Positions 21,201-47,487 of a DNA stretch of 64,000 bases are shown here, piece by piece; within the stretch, counting starts at the first letter, position 1, and the number at the start of each line of letters is the position of its first letter. The translations under genes and the position numbers were made by a program. The stretch comes from Chrysomallon squamiferum (lineage: Eukaryota > Animalia > Mollusca), in NCBI GenBank assembly GCA_012295275.1, contig CM022674.1, positions 2,356,001 to 2,420,000 on the forward strand. The letters run 5' to 3'. The notes below the pieces were generated by a model, which did no database searches, had not been told where the DNA came from, and worked only from the letters and a program-made list of their open reading frames with translations.

Positions 21201-22080
21201 TGTGGCTGGAGAAAAGAGAAAGGTTTTCAGAACAACAGCTCGACGAATGCGACATGGAGATAAAAAGATTTCGACTTTTGTGGAGAGCCATTAAACTCCG
21301 TGACAGTGTCGACGAAAAAACAGAAATTGAAAAAATCATCGATGAGCTAGACCGGAAAACGTTATTAAAAGATAAAGAGGAAAAATATCGTACGTTTCTT
21401 ACTGACTTGGAACAGAAGATGGGTTTAAGTCGAGAAGAAAAAGACATGATTGTTAAAGCGATGAAGTATAACAAAAAGGGTCACTGGTATAAATGCCAAA
21501 ACGGTGAGTCTTCAACATTAAATGTTGATCTTGATAAAAATTCTTGTTTACAAGAAAATATTTACAATATTTTATTTTTATTAGTTTTAAAAGATTAAAA
21601 TCATTTTGGCTCTTATTCGTTGCTCATCATTCAGTAATATAAATTCTAGGATTCGGAAACAAAAACCGGGAAATTAAATCATTTAAAATATTGGTTCATC
21701 ATGTGACATCTGTGATAATTATTCATAAGAAATCTTTACGAAACCATAACCCTAAAATGGACCATCCCATTAAACTATGATGTCACATTCCATTATCTGA
21801 CGGTCCCGTAGTCTGAATGTGTTTCATTCTTGTACTGGGAGTAAATATATAACTGTGTATATGAGTTTGTGTTCAAACATACTTACATACAGGTCATATA
21901 TACACAATTGGGGAATGCGGAGGGGCGATGCAGAGATCTAGATGTCCGGAATGCCAGGCAGAAATTGGGGGTGAAGGTCATCGTCTGGCAGAAGGAAATC
22001 AAGTAGCCGGAGAAATGGATGGTGCGCGGTACGCAGCTTGGTCGGAACAGGCAAACATGGAGAATTATGCATTTGACTGA
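15210..22080 (+). CDS. ZNFX1: NFX1-type zinc finger-containing protein 1-like (ZNFX1a): UPF1-like SF1 helicase, NF-X1 zinc-finger array, RING-like segment, C-terminal RZ finger; one apparent 1-bp frameshift at about 19551
   Basis: Large exon 15210-21503 (ORFs 15210-19616 and 19616-21598 join if one A is restored at 19551-19553) plus last exon 21893-22080. Motifs IQGPPGTGKT, SYTNHSLD, VEEAAQ, IGDHQQL, SLFER, QHRM, IDNYQGEE, NRICVTLSRAR, CGHxCxxxC repeats, GHWYKCQN|GHIYTIGECGGAMQRSRCPEC..IGG..H. Confidence 0.92.
15990..16454 (+). repeat. Coding 39-bp tandem repeat, 12 copies (EPHKE[HQNY]RSRTGSI)
   Basis: gaacctcacaaagaacacagatcacgaactggttcaata repeated in frame in the ZNFX1a N-terminus. Confidence 0.97.
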
Positions 22081-22176
22081 ATCTAAGGTGTGTACATGTT
22101 AACGTTACTTTTAGAAAACTCTGTTTGTCACAATGTGTGTGTGTGTATGTGTGTGTGTGTTTTGGTGTGTGTGTAT

Positions 22177-22620
22177 GGTATAGTATAGTATTACATAGCA
22201 TAGCACTGTACAGTATATCATAGTATAGTATAATAGAGTAAACTATGATTTATAGTATAGTATAATTTGATATAGTATAGTAACATATAGTACAGCATAA
22301 TACAGGTTAGCGTATAGTATAATATATACAGTATCATACAGTATTTCATAGTATAGTATAATATAGTATAGTATATCATAGTATAGTATAGTAAAGTATA
22401 GTACAGTATAGTATAGTATAGCATAGTATGGTATAGTATGGTATAGTATAGTATAGTAAAGTATATCAGTATATTATAGTATCTATCAGTATAGTAAAGT
22501 ATATCACGGTATAGTATAGTATATATATAGTATAGTATAGTAGATATCACAGTATAGTATAGTATAGTATAGTAGAGTATAGTATAATATAGTATAGTAC
22601 AGTACGGTATAGTATACTGT
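22177..22620. repeat. Degenerate (TATAG)n satellite downstream of ZNFX1a stop
   Basis: Runs of gtata/tatag; the complementary (CTATA)n lies at the equivalent position of the paralog (47140-47392). Confidence 0.9.
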
Positions 22621-22860
22621 TTATCATCAAGCTTTTGTATCATACCAGTAATTATATGAAATTAAAAATTACTCTGACATTTGTTTTCGTCTTAGAATTG
22701 GTGTCAGTGTCAGCCTAAGTTGACACTTCATTCCAGCATCATTTCTGTAAATGAAAACATGAGTTTGTGTGTTGTGTGTACGTCTACGATGCCTTCTTTT
22801 GGGGGTATCGCCCAAGATATTTTAGTGCATATTTTAACTCATTGTGTATATCTGTATGTG

Positions 22861-22895
<35 letters not shown>

Positions 22896-22924
22896 TGTGT
22901 GTGTACATGTGTTTGTGTGTGTGT

Positions 22925-22978
<54 letters not shown>

Positions 22979-23424
22979 GTTTTTATATTCATTTACTGTT
23001 GTGCTTTTGTTGTTTTTTTACAGATGTAAGCAGTACTGGTGGACGCCTTAAGTTGCTAATTCTTTTTTTTTTTTTTTTTTTTTTTTTTTTCTGGATTATA
23101 AATATATGTGACCGAGAAGAATTACACAATAATAGCTGATTTTATAAACAAAATTACGTATATTCATATATATGTATGTGTGTGTGTGCGCGCGCGCCTT
23201 TGTGTGAATATTCTGATGTTACTGTACTGTCAAGATGATGTAGAAATTTTCTTGTTCAAGCGGTATATTTATTATATGTATTTTGTAAAACAATAATTTA
23301 GAACATCTATTCAAACATACATACGTACAGACTTACGTAAACGTAAATCCACATACACACACACATTTACACAAACTATTAAAATATTTAAGTTTTTATT
23401 TCTATTGATAACATAAGAACGCAG

Positions 23425-23463
<39 letters not shown>

Positions 23464-24905
23464 CGTCGTGGCAAATGTTATTTTTAATATTATAATTATT
23501 ATTATTTTTTTTTTCATTATTAGTTTTTTATATGGATAATAAAAATAAACAAACGTTTTGGCGAAAGAATACAAATATATATTTGCGACGCTATAAAAAC
23601 ACTTCATTACGACATATAATATAATTCTGTGTTGCAAAGAAGAAACCAGTGTATTATTGCCAATTAAACCTTGTATGTTAATGATGAAATATTATATGTT
23701 AATGCTTAAATAATATATACTAATGTTTAAATCTTATACATAGATGTTTAACTCCTATATTAATGCTTAGGTGGACATGGAGTACGTAATGTTTGTTGTA
23801 AATGTATGTATTCTATATATAGAAATATTTTATATATCGTTCTAAACAATTAGCATAATTATAACTTTAGCGTAAATCTAATTTGCATACTAAGAATTGT
23901 AATGATTACTCTGTACACTGATATATTTTATGGGTTGTAGAGTGTTTTAGGTTGTTAGCTGTATGTTCCTTTATACCGCTGAAGAATGACCTGATTTCGA
24001 ATGGGGCAGCAATCCCAAAATGAAATTGCTTCGTTTAAGGAAAAGTAACCCGTGACCGCACGCTATATTTGATGGCAATAATATATATTATTAATTTTAG
24101 GGCAATTTTTTAAAGTATATCCAGATAATTTAAAAATATAAAAAAAAAATATATATATATTTTTTTTTTTTTCAGTTAGTTAATCATTTATTTTGTTAGT
24201 TGCTTTTGGTATTTTGTTAATGTATTTTAAGTAGAACATGGGCGGGAATATATTTAGTATCAAAGACAATTTCATTCAAAGGGAGACTGGGCCTCCGTAA
24301 AGATATAAGATTATATTTCGTTTCTGGAGTGTTTTTGGAAAACATTTCGGATCGTTTTTTTAAACTGCTGTGCTTTTATTTTTTTTAGTTCTATTTGACT
24401 GGTGTCTTTTTAAAACACGGATCGTTTTTCTGTGATTTTGACAACACAAATAATTCTAAATAGATGTAGTGGTTTTGATTTCTGAATTCATTTAATATTG
24501 TGTTGCTCCTAAATGATTTATCTGTCTTAAAATTACTGGATAATAAAATACATTTTTGCTTCTTTATATTTGTATTTTATTAATATTGATTTAGGAAGAA
24601 GAAAATAAATAAAAAATTGTTTGCCATTTGATAACGTAGTCGTATGCAAACATCAGAAAACCATTTATCAAAGTCAACTTTAACAGCAGTCATGTACTCA
24701 AAACAACACCTTATCAGGTTCATGCAAAAATAAGCTGGATAAAAGGTTACTGATTCAGGTATTCTGTATTATTATTACTTTTTTATACTAGATTTCTTAG
24801 ATCGTGTGACATGTTGAAAATACATATTGGGAAAGCTGAAGTAGTTCTCTTTGTGGATAGACAACAGAGAAGTAAAAAAAATAAGAAGGAAAATATTAAT
24901 AAAGA

Positions 24906-24947
<42 letters not shown>

Positions 24948-25052
24948 CAAAACAACAACAATAATAATAATACATACATACATATATATGCACACATTAA
25001 AGATAAAAATAATAAAAAGAAATAAAGAAATAAAAATGCTATGCAGTAAATC

Positions 25053-25294
25053 AACTAGGAATACAGAAAGAGATATAAAATGAGACTTTATTGCACACTT
25101 GTAAGTAGGAGGAAACATTGTTTTCTGTCAGGTATTTGGCACATTGTTAAAGAGTAAACAGTTTCATCCTGTCTTATAATTCTTGCTGCCTTGCTTTTAC
25201 TATGTAGTGCTTCAGCAAATCAATCACAAATAAAATAAAACACAACTCTGTCTTCCATGTTATGATTAATAAAATTTACAACAAGCATTAAATA
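25053..25294 (-). repeat. Left arm of near-identical about 240-bp inverted repeat flanking LZIC; contains candidate LZIC poly(A) signal
   Basis: Reverse complement of 32178-32420 with about 2 differences seen; AATAAA on minus strand at 25087-25092, 1.6 kb after the LZIC stop. Confidence 0.9.
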
Positions 25295-25301
25295 ATAATA
25301 A

Positions 25302-25332
<31 letters not shown>

Positions 25333-25845
25333 AATAACAACAATAACAATAAGAATAACAACAATAACGATGAAGTTGAAATAAAAAAAAATAAAAAAAT
25401 TATCAAATCGTAACTAATTTTAATGAAATAACAAAATCTTTCTTAGCTTAATGATATCATTTTTTTGTCTTAGTTTTAATTTAGGAAACCAGAATGATAA
25501 ACCAAATGCTAAGCCCCAGATGGAACTGGAAAACAGGATAACGATACTGTGAACATCACATCAACAATTTAATTCATACAAGTAACAAGTTCATTTTATA
25601 TATCTATCTATCTATCTATCTGTCTGTCTGTCTGTCTGTATATCTATATATAGCTGTCTATATCTGACTATACAAAAATTAATACACTTATTAATAGCAG
25701 AGACAGACAAATGTTGTAATTAACAGGTGCATTAATTATATAAAAGAAAGAACAACAACAACGATAATAATAATAATATGTAAGTAACAGTAATAATAAT
25801 TATTATATTATTGTTGTTGTTTTGCTATTATTATAATTACTATTA

Positions 25846-25900
<55 letters not shown>

Positions 25901-26698
25901 CATGGTTCCCTTACAAAATGTTATTGTGAATGCACAGACCCTTTAAGAACTTTTTTGAACCAGGTTCATGTGATTTCATGGATCTCTAAGGATTCAGTAA
26001 CAATTAAACTTTGGGTGTGACTAAGACTGGTCACACCTGTTGAACAATCTTACACATGACTTAACAGGTTCTCTCCATAAAACCCACTTTGATTACAATT
26101 TTTATTATTATTATTTAGTTGTTATTTTTTTTTTTTTTTTTTCTAACAGCAGAAATAGTGACATTTTAGAGTTTACAGACCGTTTTGCATGCACAAACTT
26201 TACTTTACACACAACATTATTAATAATATTACATAAAACTATCCAGAAAACTATTTGAATAAGCTGTATATGAAATATAAATGGAACTTCTATTCAGATT
26301 TAGGTCCTGTTCTCTTGGATAAATGATTCTCAGCATGTATTTGGAAGTTTTTTTTAAATGCTGGAGTGTTTTGGGGACTTGAGGACAGAGTGGGAACCAT
26401 GTAATATTTGCAAAACTTACCCAGTGTAATTATTTTGTGTGTCTGGTTACAAATATAAATAACACAGATTTATGTATGGGCTTTATTATTATTATTATTA
26501 TTTTTTTTTTTTTAAATAATTGAAAAAAAGTAATTCAGAATAAATTAATCATCAACAGACATTAAATGATGTTGATTTTGAATTAAAAATGACTGAGGTC
26601 CATCCATTGTAATCAATATTATTATTTATATAAAAATCAATATTGTTATTATTTACACGGTTTTGTTCTTGTGGTCCTTCATTCCAAATTCGACTGTG

Positions 26699-30740
<4,042 letters not shown>

Positions 30741-30761
30741 TTATCATCAGCAAATCTGAAA

Positions 30762-30807
<46 letters not shown>

Positions 30808-30959
30808 CTAATTTTTGTTGAAATAGTTCAAGTGGACTGCAATTGCTGTTCCCATTAAATTAAATTTTATAATTTTGTTTGTGAATTATAATGAAGATAT
30901 GAATTATATAATAAATATATGGTAATCATGCAATTTATGTCCACCCTTGCTTATCACTT

Positions 30960-31002
<43 letters not shown>

Positions 31003-31617
31003 TTTTTCTTTTTACATTTATCTTTATAGCAGAAACACAGACAGCAATAATAATTATTATAATTAAGATTTCTGTTTCTCCTAAACTGAAAAAAAAAAAA
31101 AATAAAAAAAATAAAAAAAAAAAAAGAAACGTTCTAATAATAATATATTCGGCAATTTCCGATTTAAGTACACAACGAAAACTGATCAAACAACCTACTC
31201 AGGGTGTTTTGTAATCTATAATAAGAGCTTAATAAAATTTAACAGTTGTAATAGTGAGCCGAAAACATACACCAGGTGTAATTAGAAAAGGCAAATAAAA
31301 GTAAATTATCCAGTTAACTTCTGAAAGAGAAATTCAAATAAATAGATAATAACACAACACGGAAGTCCAAATCACATTATTAACTGTGTATGTTTCTAGC
31401 GCACGCATAACATTTACAGTAACACGAACCAGTCGATACAAATTCTAGTTAGCCTTTCCTACCTAAGAATGATGCGCACCACAGTCTTGCTAATAAACAT
31501 AATATTACTTAGAATGACTTCATTAATATTATATCAATACTAAATGGGATTTTCAACTTTACTGAAAGGTTAAGCTACCGATTCTACACACATTTAGAAA
31601 TAACTATATCATTATAA

Positions 31618-31674
<57 letters not shown>

Positions 31675-32123
31675 TTTTTTTTTTTTTAACAGTTCATAGA
31701 ATTATTTACAGTCACGCATGAATGTTCACAAGGTCATAGTATATGTACCGAAGTCAATACTCATGTTGAATAATAAAATAATAATAAAAAAAGCTCCTTT
31801 GCTTAAATCGATAACCACGGTGAGTTGCTATATAGTTAAATCATATATTTATGTATTCATGTATTCATAAAAGGTCAATAATACACACACAGACACACAC
31901 ACACATACACACACACTCAAACATACATACATGCATATGCATATACATATATACACACATATTTCAGTTAAGCCCTATAGGTACATAACTGAACACCGAG
32001 CGTATTGTGTGTGAATATGTGTATGTGTCTATATCTATATATATAACTTTTCAATTTTATTCAGACATTAGGCGTATATGTATTTTGTTGTGTTACAATT
32101 ATTATTATTATTATTATTATTAT

Positions 32124-32172
<49 letters not shown>

Positions 32173-32177
32173 TGTAG

Positions 32178-32420
32178 TATTTAATGCTTGTTGTAAATTT
32201 TATTAATCATAACATGGAAGATAGAGTTGTGTTTTATTTTATTTGTGATTGATTTGCTGAAGCACTACATAGTAAAAGCAAGGCAGCAAGAATTATAAGA
32301 CAGGATGAAACTGTTTACTCTTTAACAATGTGCCAAATACCTGACAGAAAACAATGTTTCCTTCCTACTTACAAGTGTGCAATAAAGTCTCATTTTATAT
32401 CTCTTTCTGTATTCCTAGTT
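32178..32420 (+). repeat. Right arm of inverted repeat flanking LZIC
   Basis: Reverse complement of 25053-25294; weaker similarity continues to about 32610 vs about 24950. Confidence 0.9.
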
Positions 32421-33015
32421 CTTTTTTCTCCTTTTTCTTTTTTTTTTTTTTTTCTTTTTTTTTTTTTTTCTTTTTTTTTTTTTCTTTCTTCTTTATTTTT
32501 TTTTTTTTTTTTTTTTTTTTCTTTTACTGCATTGCATATATATATATATATTTTTTTTCTTTAAAGCATGCGTATATGTACATATGTATGTATCATTATC
32601 GTTATTGTTGTTGTTGCTTTGTCGTTATTCTTGTTGCTTGTTGTTGTTATTATCTTTTTCTTTCATTCAAATTTATTCTTTATTTTTTTTTTTTTTTTTT
32701 TTTTTACTGCTCATTCCTTCTTTCTCGGTACGTACATAAAAATATTTACGGCCACTCATGAATTGTTAACATGGCCACTGTATGTGTATTTCTGCATACA
32801 AACATACACGTATACCTAGAGGTGTATCTTTAGTAATGTATATCTGTACGTGTTTGTACAATATACGCGAGCTAGAGAAACTGTAGCTGTATGATACAAC
32901 CTCTAGTCGAAGTGTGTATGTGCTGTTGTGTCTAACTTGGAAGGTGTGTAATATATATATATATATATATATGAGTGAACGACGGACAGACAGATAAATA
33001 GATCGATAAACAGTG

Positions 33016-33105
<90 letters not shown>

Positions 33106-33317
33106 AACTTTTATAGAAAACATTTAATTATCAGAAATAAAGTTACAAATAGCTGTAATTATTACTTTCACAAATCATTTATTAACGCTTTTCGGTGATT
33201 GTGATTTGTTACATCTACGCTTTTAGCAAGACAGGAGTAAAATAAAATTACTAAATTAAAGTGATCAAATTAAGTACAGTCTGCACATTTCCAGATTGTT
33301 TTATTTATTTATTTATT

Positions 33318-33414
<97 letters not shown>

Positions 33415-33566
33415 TTAATGACGTAACAGCTCCAGCTATAAAAGCGTAAAAATGGTGGCTGTCAGATGTTTATTAACATTATTAGTTAAACTCTATACTA
33501 TGTTATGAACACTGGAACAGGATCCACAAAACAGTAAAATAATCACTTGGATATAGAAAGTATCCA

Positions 33567-42782
<9,216 letters not shown>

Positions 42783-44680
42783 GACGTCTTCCGCAAAAGA
42801 AACTGAACTAATCCTAGAAATGACCCGTCAAACAACAGTTAGTTGTCCAGAAAAGTGTGCTGTGGACAAGAATCTTTAGACTGACGTCTCTGAACTTGTG
42901 TCAAGGCTTTCTGTTGGTTAAAATTGCAGCCAACGACTGCGTACTTGATATCAGTAAGGAAAGTCGAGAGGTTGCATGAAGGTTGTGTAAAATGCAGTGT
43001 CACGTGATTCTATTAAAGGTAGTCTTGAACATAATTTTTTGAAATTAAAGTTGGTCATGGCATTATTTGGTATGCATCTATTTATCGACCACATTTTTTC
43101 AAGAAATTTGCATGTATGTGCGTATGTATGTATGTGTGTATATGTATGTAATTATGCATTGTATCTGTTATTGTCTGTATGTATGTATATATATATATAT
43201 ATATACACAGACACACACACATACATACACACATGTTTGTTTATATGTGTTCTTGCATGTACATTTTTTACTACTAATAACCAAGCTTAAACAATACTAA
43301 TTTAGAAAATCAAAACAAAAACAAATACATAAAAGCAAAAATATATTTTATTATCTAAAAATGTTAAGATAGATAAATCATTTAGGAGCATATATATATA
43401 TATCACCATAATAGCGTGAAAAAAAAAAAAAAAAAAAAAAAAATTCTGTACAAGATAAAATCTTTTTAATTAGTTGGATTACATCATGTCTATTTTAAAA
43501 CGACATTTACTATTGAGTAACCCTTGTTTCCGAATCATGGCGGATTCCTGAAATATCTCAGTTTATATATGTTTTCAGAATTAAATATACGACTTTGATT
43601 TTGATAAAATTGTATCATTCTTATCATATTAAAATTCCATCATATGCAAAATTTTAACGTGAACCCACATCAGTAGGAATTTTTCAAACAAGAAGAAAAT
43701 TTAAAAAGGTAGAGAAAAGCAAAGTTAATATAGAGACGAAATATATCTTATATCCCTACGGGACACCCGCCCTACTTTTGAATGAAATTGTCTTTGATAC
43801 TGAATATCCCCGCTCATGTTTTAATTAAAATATATTAACAAAGAAATGAAAGGAAAAAACCAGATAAAATAAAGAAATAAATTTAAAAAAATTATCCTTA
43901 TATGCTTATAAACTTATAAGAAAATTAACAATATATATTAACGCTGTCAAACAATGCATAAGGTTACGGTTTAAAATTTTATCTTTGTTATCGTATTAAA
44001 ATTTCATCCTATACAAAATTTTACATAAACCCCTCATAATAGGAGTCTGTTCTCTGTTTAATAAAAATATGCAAACAAAAAACCCGAAACCAGTCGAATT
44101 AGAACAAAAATGTAAAAAGCGTAATGAAAAGTGTAGAAAAAGTTAAAAAAAAATATATACGGGTTAACCTCGTAATGGAATTAGAATGATTCCGAATGGA
44201 ACGCTATCCAGAAACGAAATACAATATTATATCTTTACGGGACGTCCTTCTTTCGAATGTTCCGGCCGTGTTTCACTTAAAATATATATTAATAGAATAC
44301 CAAAAAGAAACAAAGTAAGTAAGTAACTAACTAAATAAGCAATTTTTCAAATTATCTGAATATATTTAAAATCTTGTCCTAAAATTAACAATATATATAT
44401 TAACGTATTAAACACTGGATGAGGCTACGGTTACTTTCCTGTAAACAAACCAATTTCATTTTGGGATGACAGCCCCATTCCGAATCAGGTCATTCTTCAC
44501 ATTGAGAGAAAAGCACAGCCTAAAAGGCTCTAAAATCCATAAAATAGATCACACACAGTGTTATAATTATATAAGTATGCAAATTGGATTGACACTGAAA
44601 TAATAATTATGCTAATTATATAACTAGAAAAAAAAATAGAAATAAATAAATAAAATGTTTACAAACATTACGTCCAGCTA

Positions 44681-46095
44681 AGCATTAACATATACGGTTT
44701 AAACATTCATATATAAGATTTAAATGTTAACATATAAGATTTAAATATTAGCATATAAAATTTAAACATTCACATATAAGACTTAAACATTAATATATAA
44801 GATTTAAATATTAGCATAAAAGATTTAAATATTAGCATACAAGGTTTAAATTTAACATAAACATTTAAACAACATATAAGATTTAATCATTAATATATAA
44901 GATTTAAATATTAACATATAAGATTTAAATATTAACATATAAGATTTAAATATTAACATATAAAATTTAAATATTAGCATATAACATTTAAATATTAACA
45001 TATAAGATTTAAACATTAACATATAAGATTTAAATATTAGCATATAACATTTAATATATTACAATATAAAATTTAAACATTCACATATAAGACTTAAACA
45101 TTAATATATAAGATTTAAATATTAGCATAAAAGATTTAAATATTAGCATACAAGGTTTAAATTTAACATAAACATTTAAACAACATATAAGATTTAATCA
45201 TTAATATATAAGATTTAAACATTAACATATAAGATTTAAACATTAACATATACGATTTAAACATTAACATATAAAATTTAAATATTAACATATAAGATTT
45301 AAACATTAACATATAAGATTTAAACATTAACATATAAGATCTAAACATTAACATATACGATTTAAATATTAACATATAAGATTTAAACTAACATATAAGA
45401 TTTAAACACTGGCATATAAGATTTAAACATTAACATATACGATTTAAACATTAACATATAAGATCTAAACATTAATATATAAGATTTAAATATTACCATA
45501 TAAGATTTTAACATTAACATATAAGTTTTAAATATTTACACATTATACATATAATGTTTACACATTAACACATAAGGTTTAAATATTAACATATAAGATT
45601 TACATTTGAACAACATATAACGATTAAACATTAACATATAAGATTTAAACATTAATATATAAGATTTAAATATTAGCATACAAGATTTAAATATTAGCAT
45701 ACATGAATTAAATTTAACATAAAATTTTAAATAACATATAAGGTTTAATCATTAACATATAAGATTTAAACATTAATGTATAAGATTTAAATGTTAGCAT
45801 ACAAGATTTATATTAACATAAACATTTAAACAACATATACGATTTAATCATTAACATGTAAGATTTAAACATAAATATATAAGATTTAATCATTAATATA
45901 TAAAATTTAAACATTAACATATAAGATTAAAACATTAATATATAAGATTTAAATATTAGCATACAAGATTTAAATTTAACATAAACATTTAAACAACATA
46001 TAAGATTTACGCATTAATATATTAGATTTAAATATTACATATATAAAATTTAAATTTTAATATATAGTATTTAAGTACTAACATAATATTTAAGG
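44681..46095. repeat. AT-rich 21-bp minisatellite, roughly 65-70 copies, with higher-order structure
   Basis: Unit aacatataagatttaaacatt; a block near 44755-44900 recurs 311 bp later; shortened variant units recur near 45700, 45810 and 45970. Confidence 0.95.
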
Positions 46096-46640
46096 TTTAA
46101 TTGGCAATACTAACTGGGTTTCTTATTTGTTGAACTAATGTCTATAACAGAATTAAATTCTTTAATTTAGCGAACTGGTTTTTCATATCATAACGTTTAT
46201 TTATTTTTAATTATTCATTTGCGTCTTGTGTTATTCATTAAAATATATATATATATATATATAAAAAAACAACAACAACAACAATAATAATAAACAAATA
46301 ACTAAAAAAATAAACAAATACATAAATCAATAAGTAAATAAGTAACTTAATAAATAAATACAAATAAATATCCGGCCAGAGCAAGACAACAAATTCTAAG
46401 CAATAATTATACAATTGTATATTAAAATATCCACACACACACACACACACACACACACATAAGTATATATATATATATATATTATCAGTAGGTTATAAAA
46501 CTCAAAACAAATGGAATAATATGTTTATGTCTGGTTATGTTCGATTCAGGCACATCTTTTGTATTCAGGGTAATATTTCCACGCCTCAACTCCGGGTAGC
46601 TGACTCGTAGGTCACTGCTAATCTGAATAAAATTAATAAA

Positions 46641-46718
<78 letters not shown>

Positions 46719-47139
46719 TATAATAAAAATAATAATAATAATAATAATGATGATGATGATATTGATGATGATAATAATAATCGTAATAATAATAAAATAA
46801 CATTTATACGTATAGTTAGAGGTTTGATACACGCAAAAACATTAATTGCATATAAAGATAATTACACACACACACACACACACACACAACACACATGTAT
46901 ACACACACATGCTGACATACAGTTAAAATGAATAAAAAAATCGTGGGAGGTATCTGAATGAAGTCATCATAGATGCAGGCACAACACACAACGCACGCAC
47001 GCACCCACAAACATGTTCCTATTTATACAAATGATGCTGAAGTGAATTATCGAGTTAGGCTAACACTGACACCAGTTCTAAGATAAATATCAGAACACAT
47101 AATTACTGGTATACAAAACTCAGTGCATAGTCAAGCTGA

Positions 47140-47392
47140 CACTACACTGTACTATACTACGATATAATGTACCTAACTATACTATACTATACAGTCCTAT
47201 ACTATTTATACTATGCTATGCTTTGCTATGTTATACTATACTATTCAATTCTATACTGTACTATACTATACTACATTATACTATACCATAACATACTGTA
47301 CTGCACTATACTACACTATACTGTACTATACTTTGATACACTATACTATACTATGTTATGCTATGTTATGATATGCAGTACTATACCATACA
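47140..47392. repeat. (CTATA)n satellite downstream of ZNFX1b stop
   Basis: Runs of ctata/tacta; paralogous to 22177-22620. Confidence 0.85.
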
Positions 47393-47487
47393 AATACACC
47401 CAAACACATACACACATACACACACACACACACACTGTGACAGAGAAAGTCTTCTGAAAATAACGTTAACATGTACACACCTTAGAT

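Noticed and set aside
15221-21474. Antisense and alternate-frame ORFs overlapping ZNFX1a, mirrored at 48649-50824
   Set aside because: Shadows of the real coding strand; their recurrence follows from the duplication, and 15955-16440 is the reverse of the 39-bp repeat.
44852-45375. ORFs with (MLIFKSY)n repeats
   Set aside because: Translation of the 21-bp minisatellite; no splice or start context.
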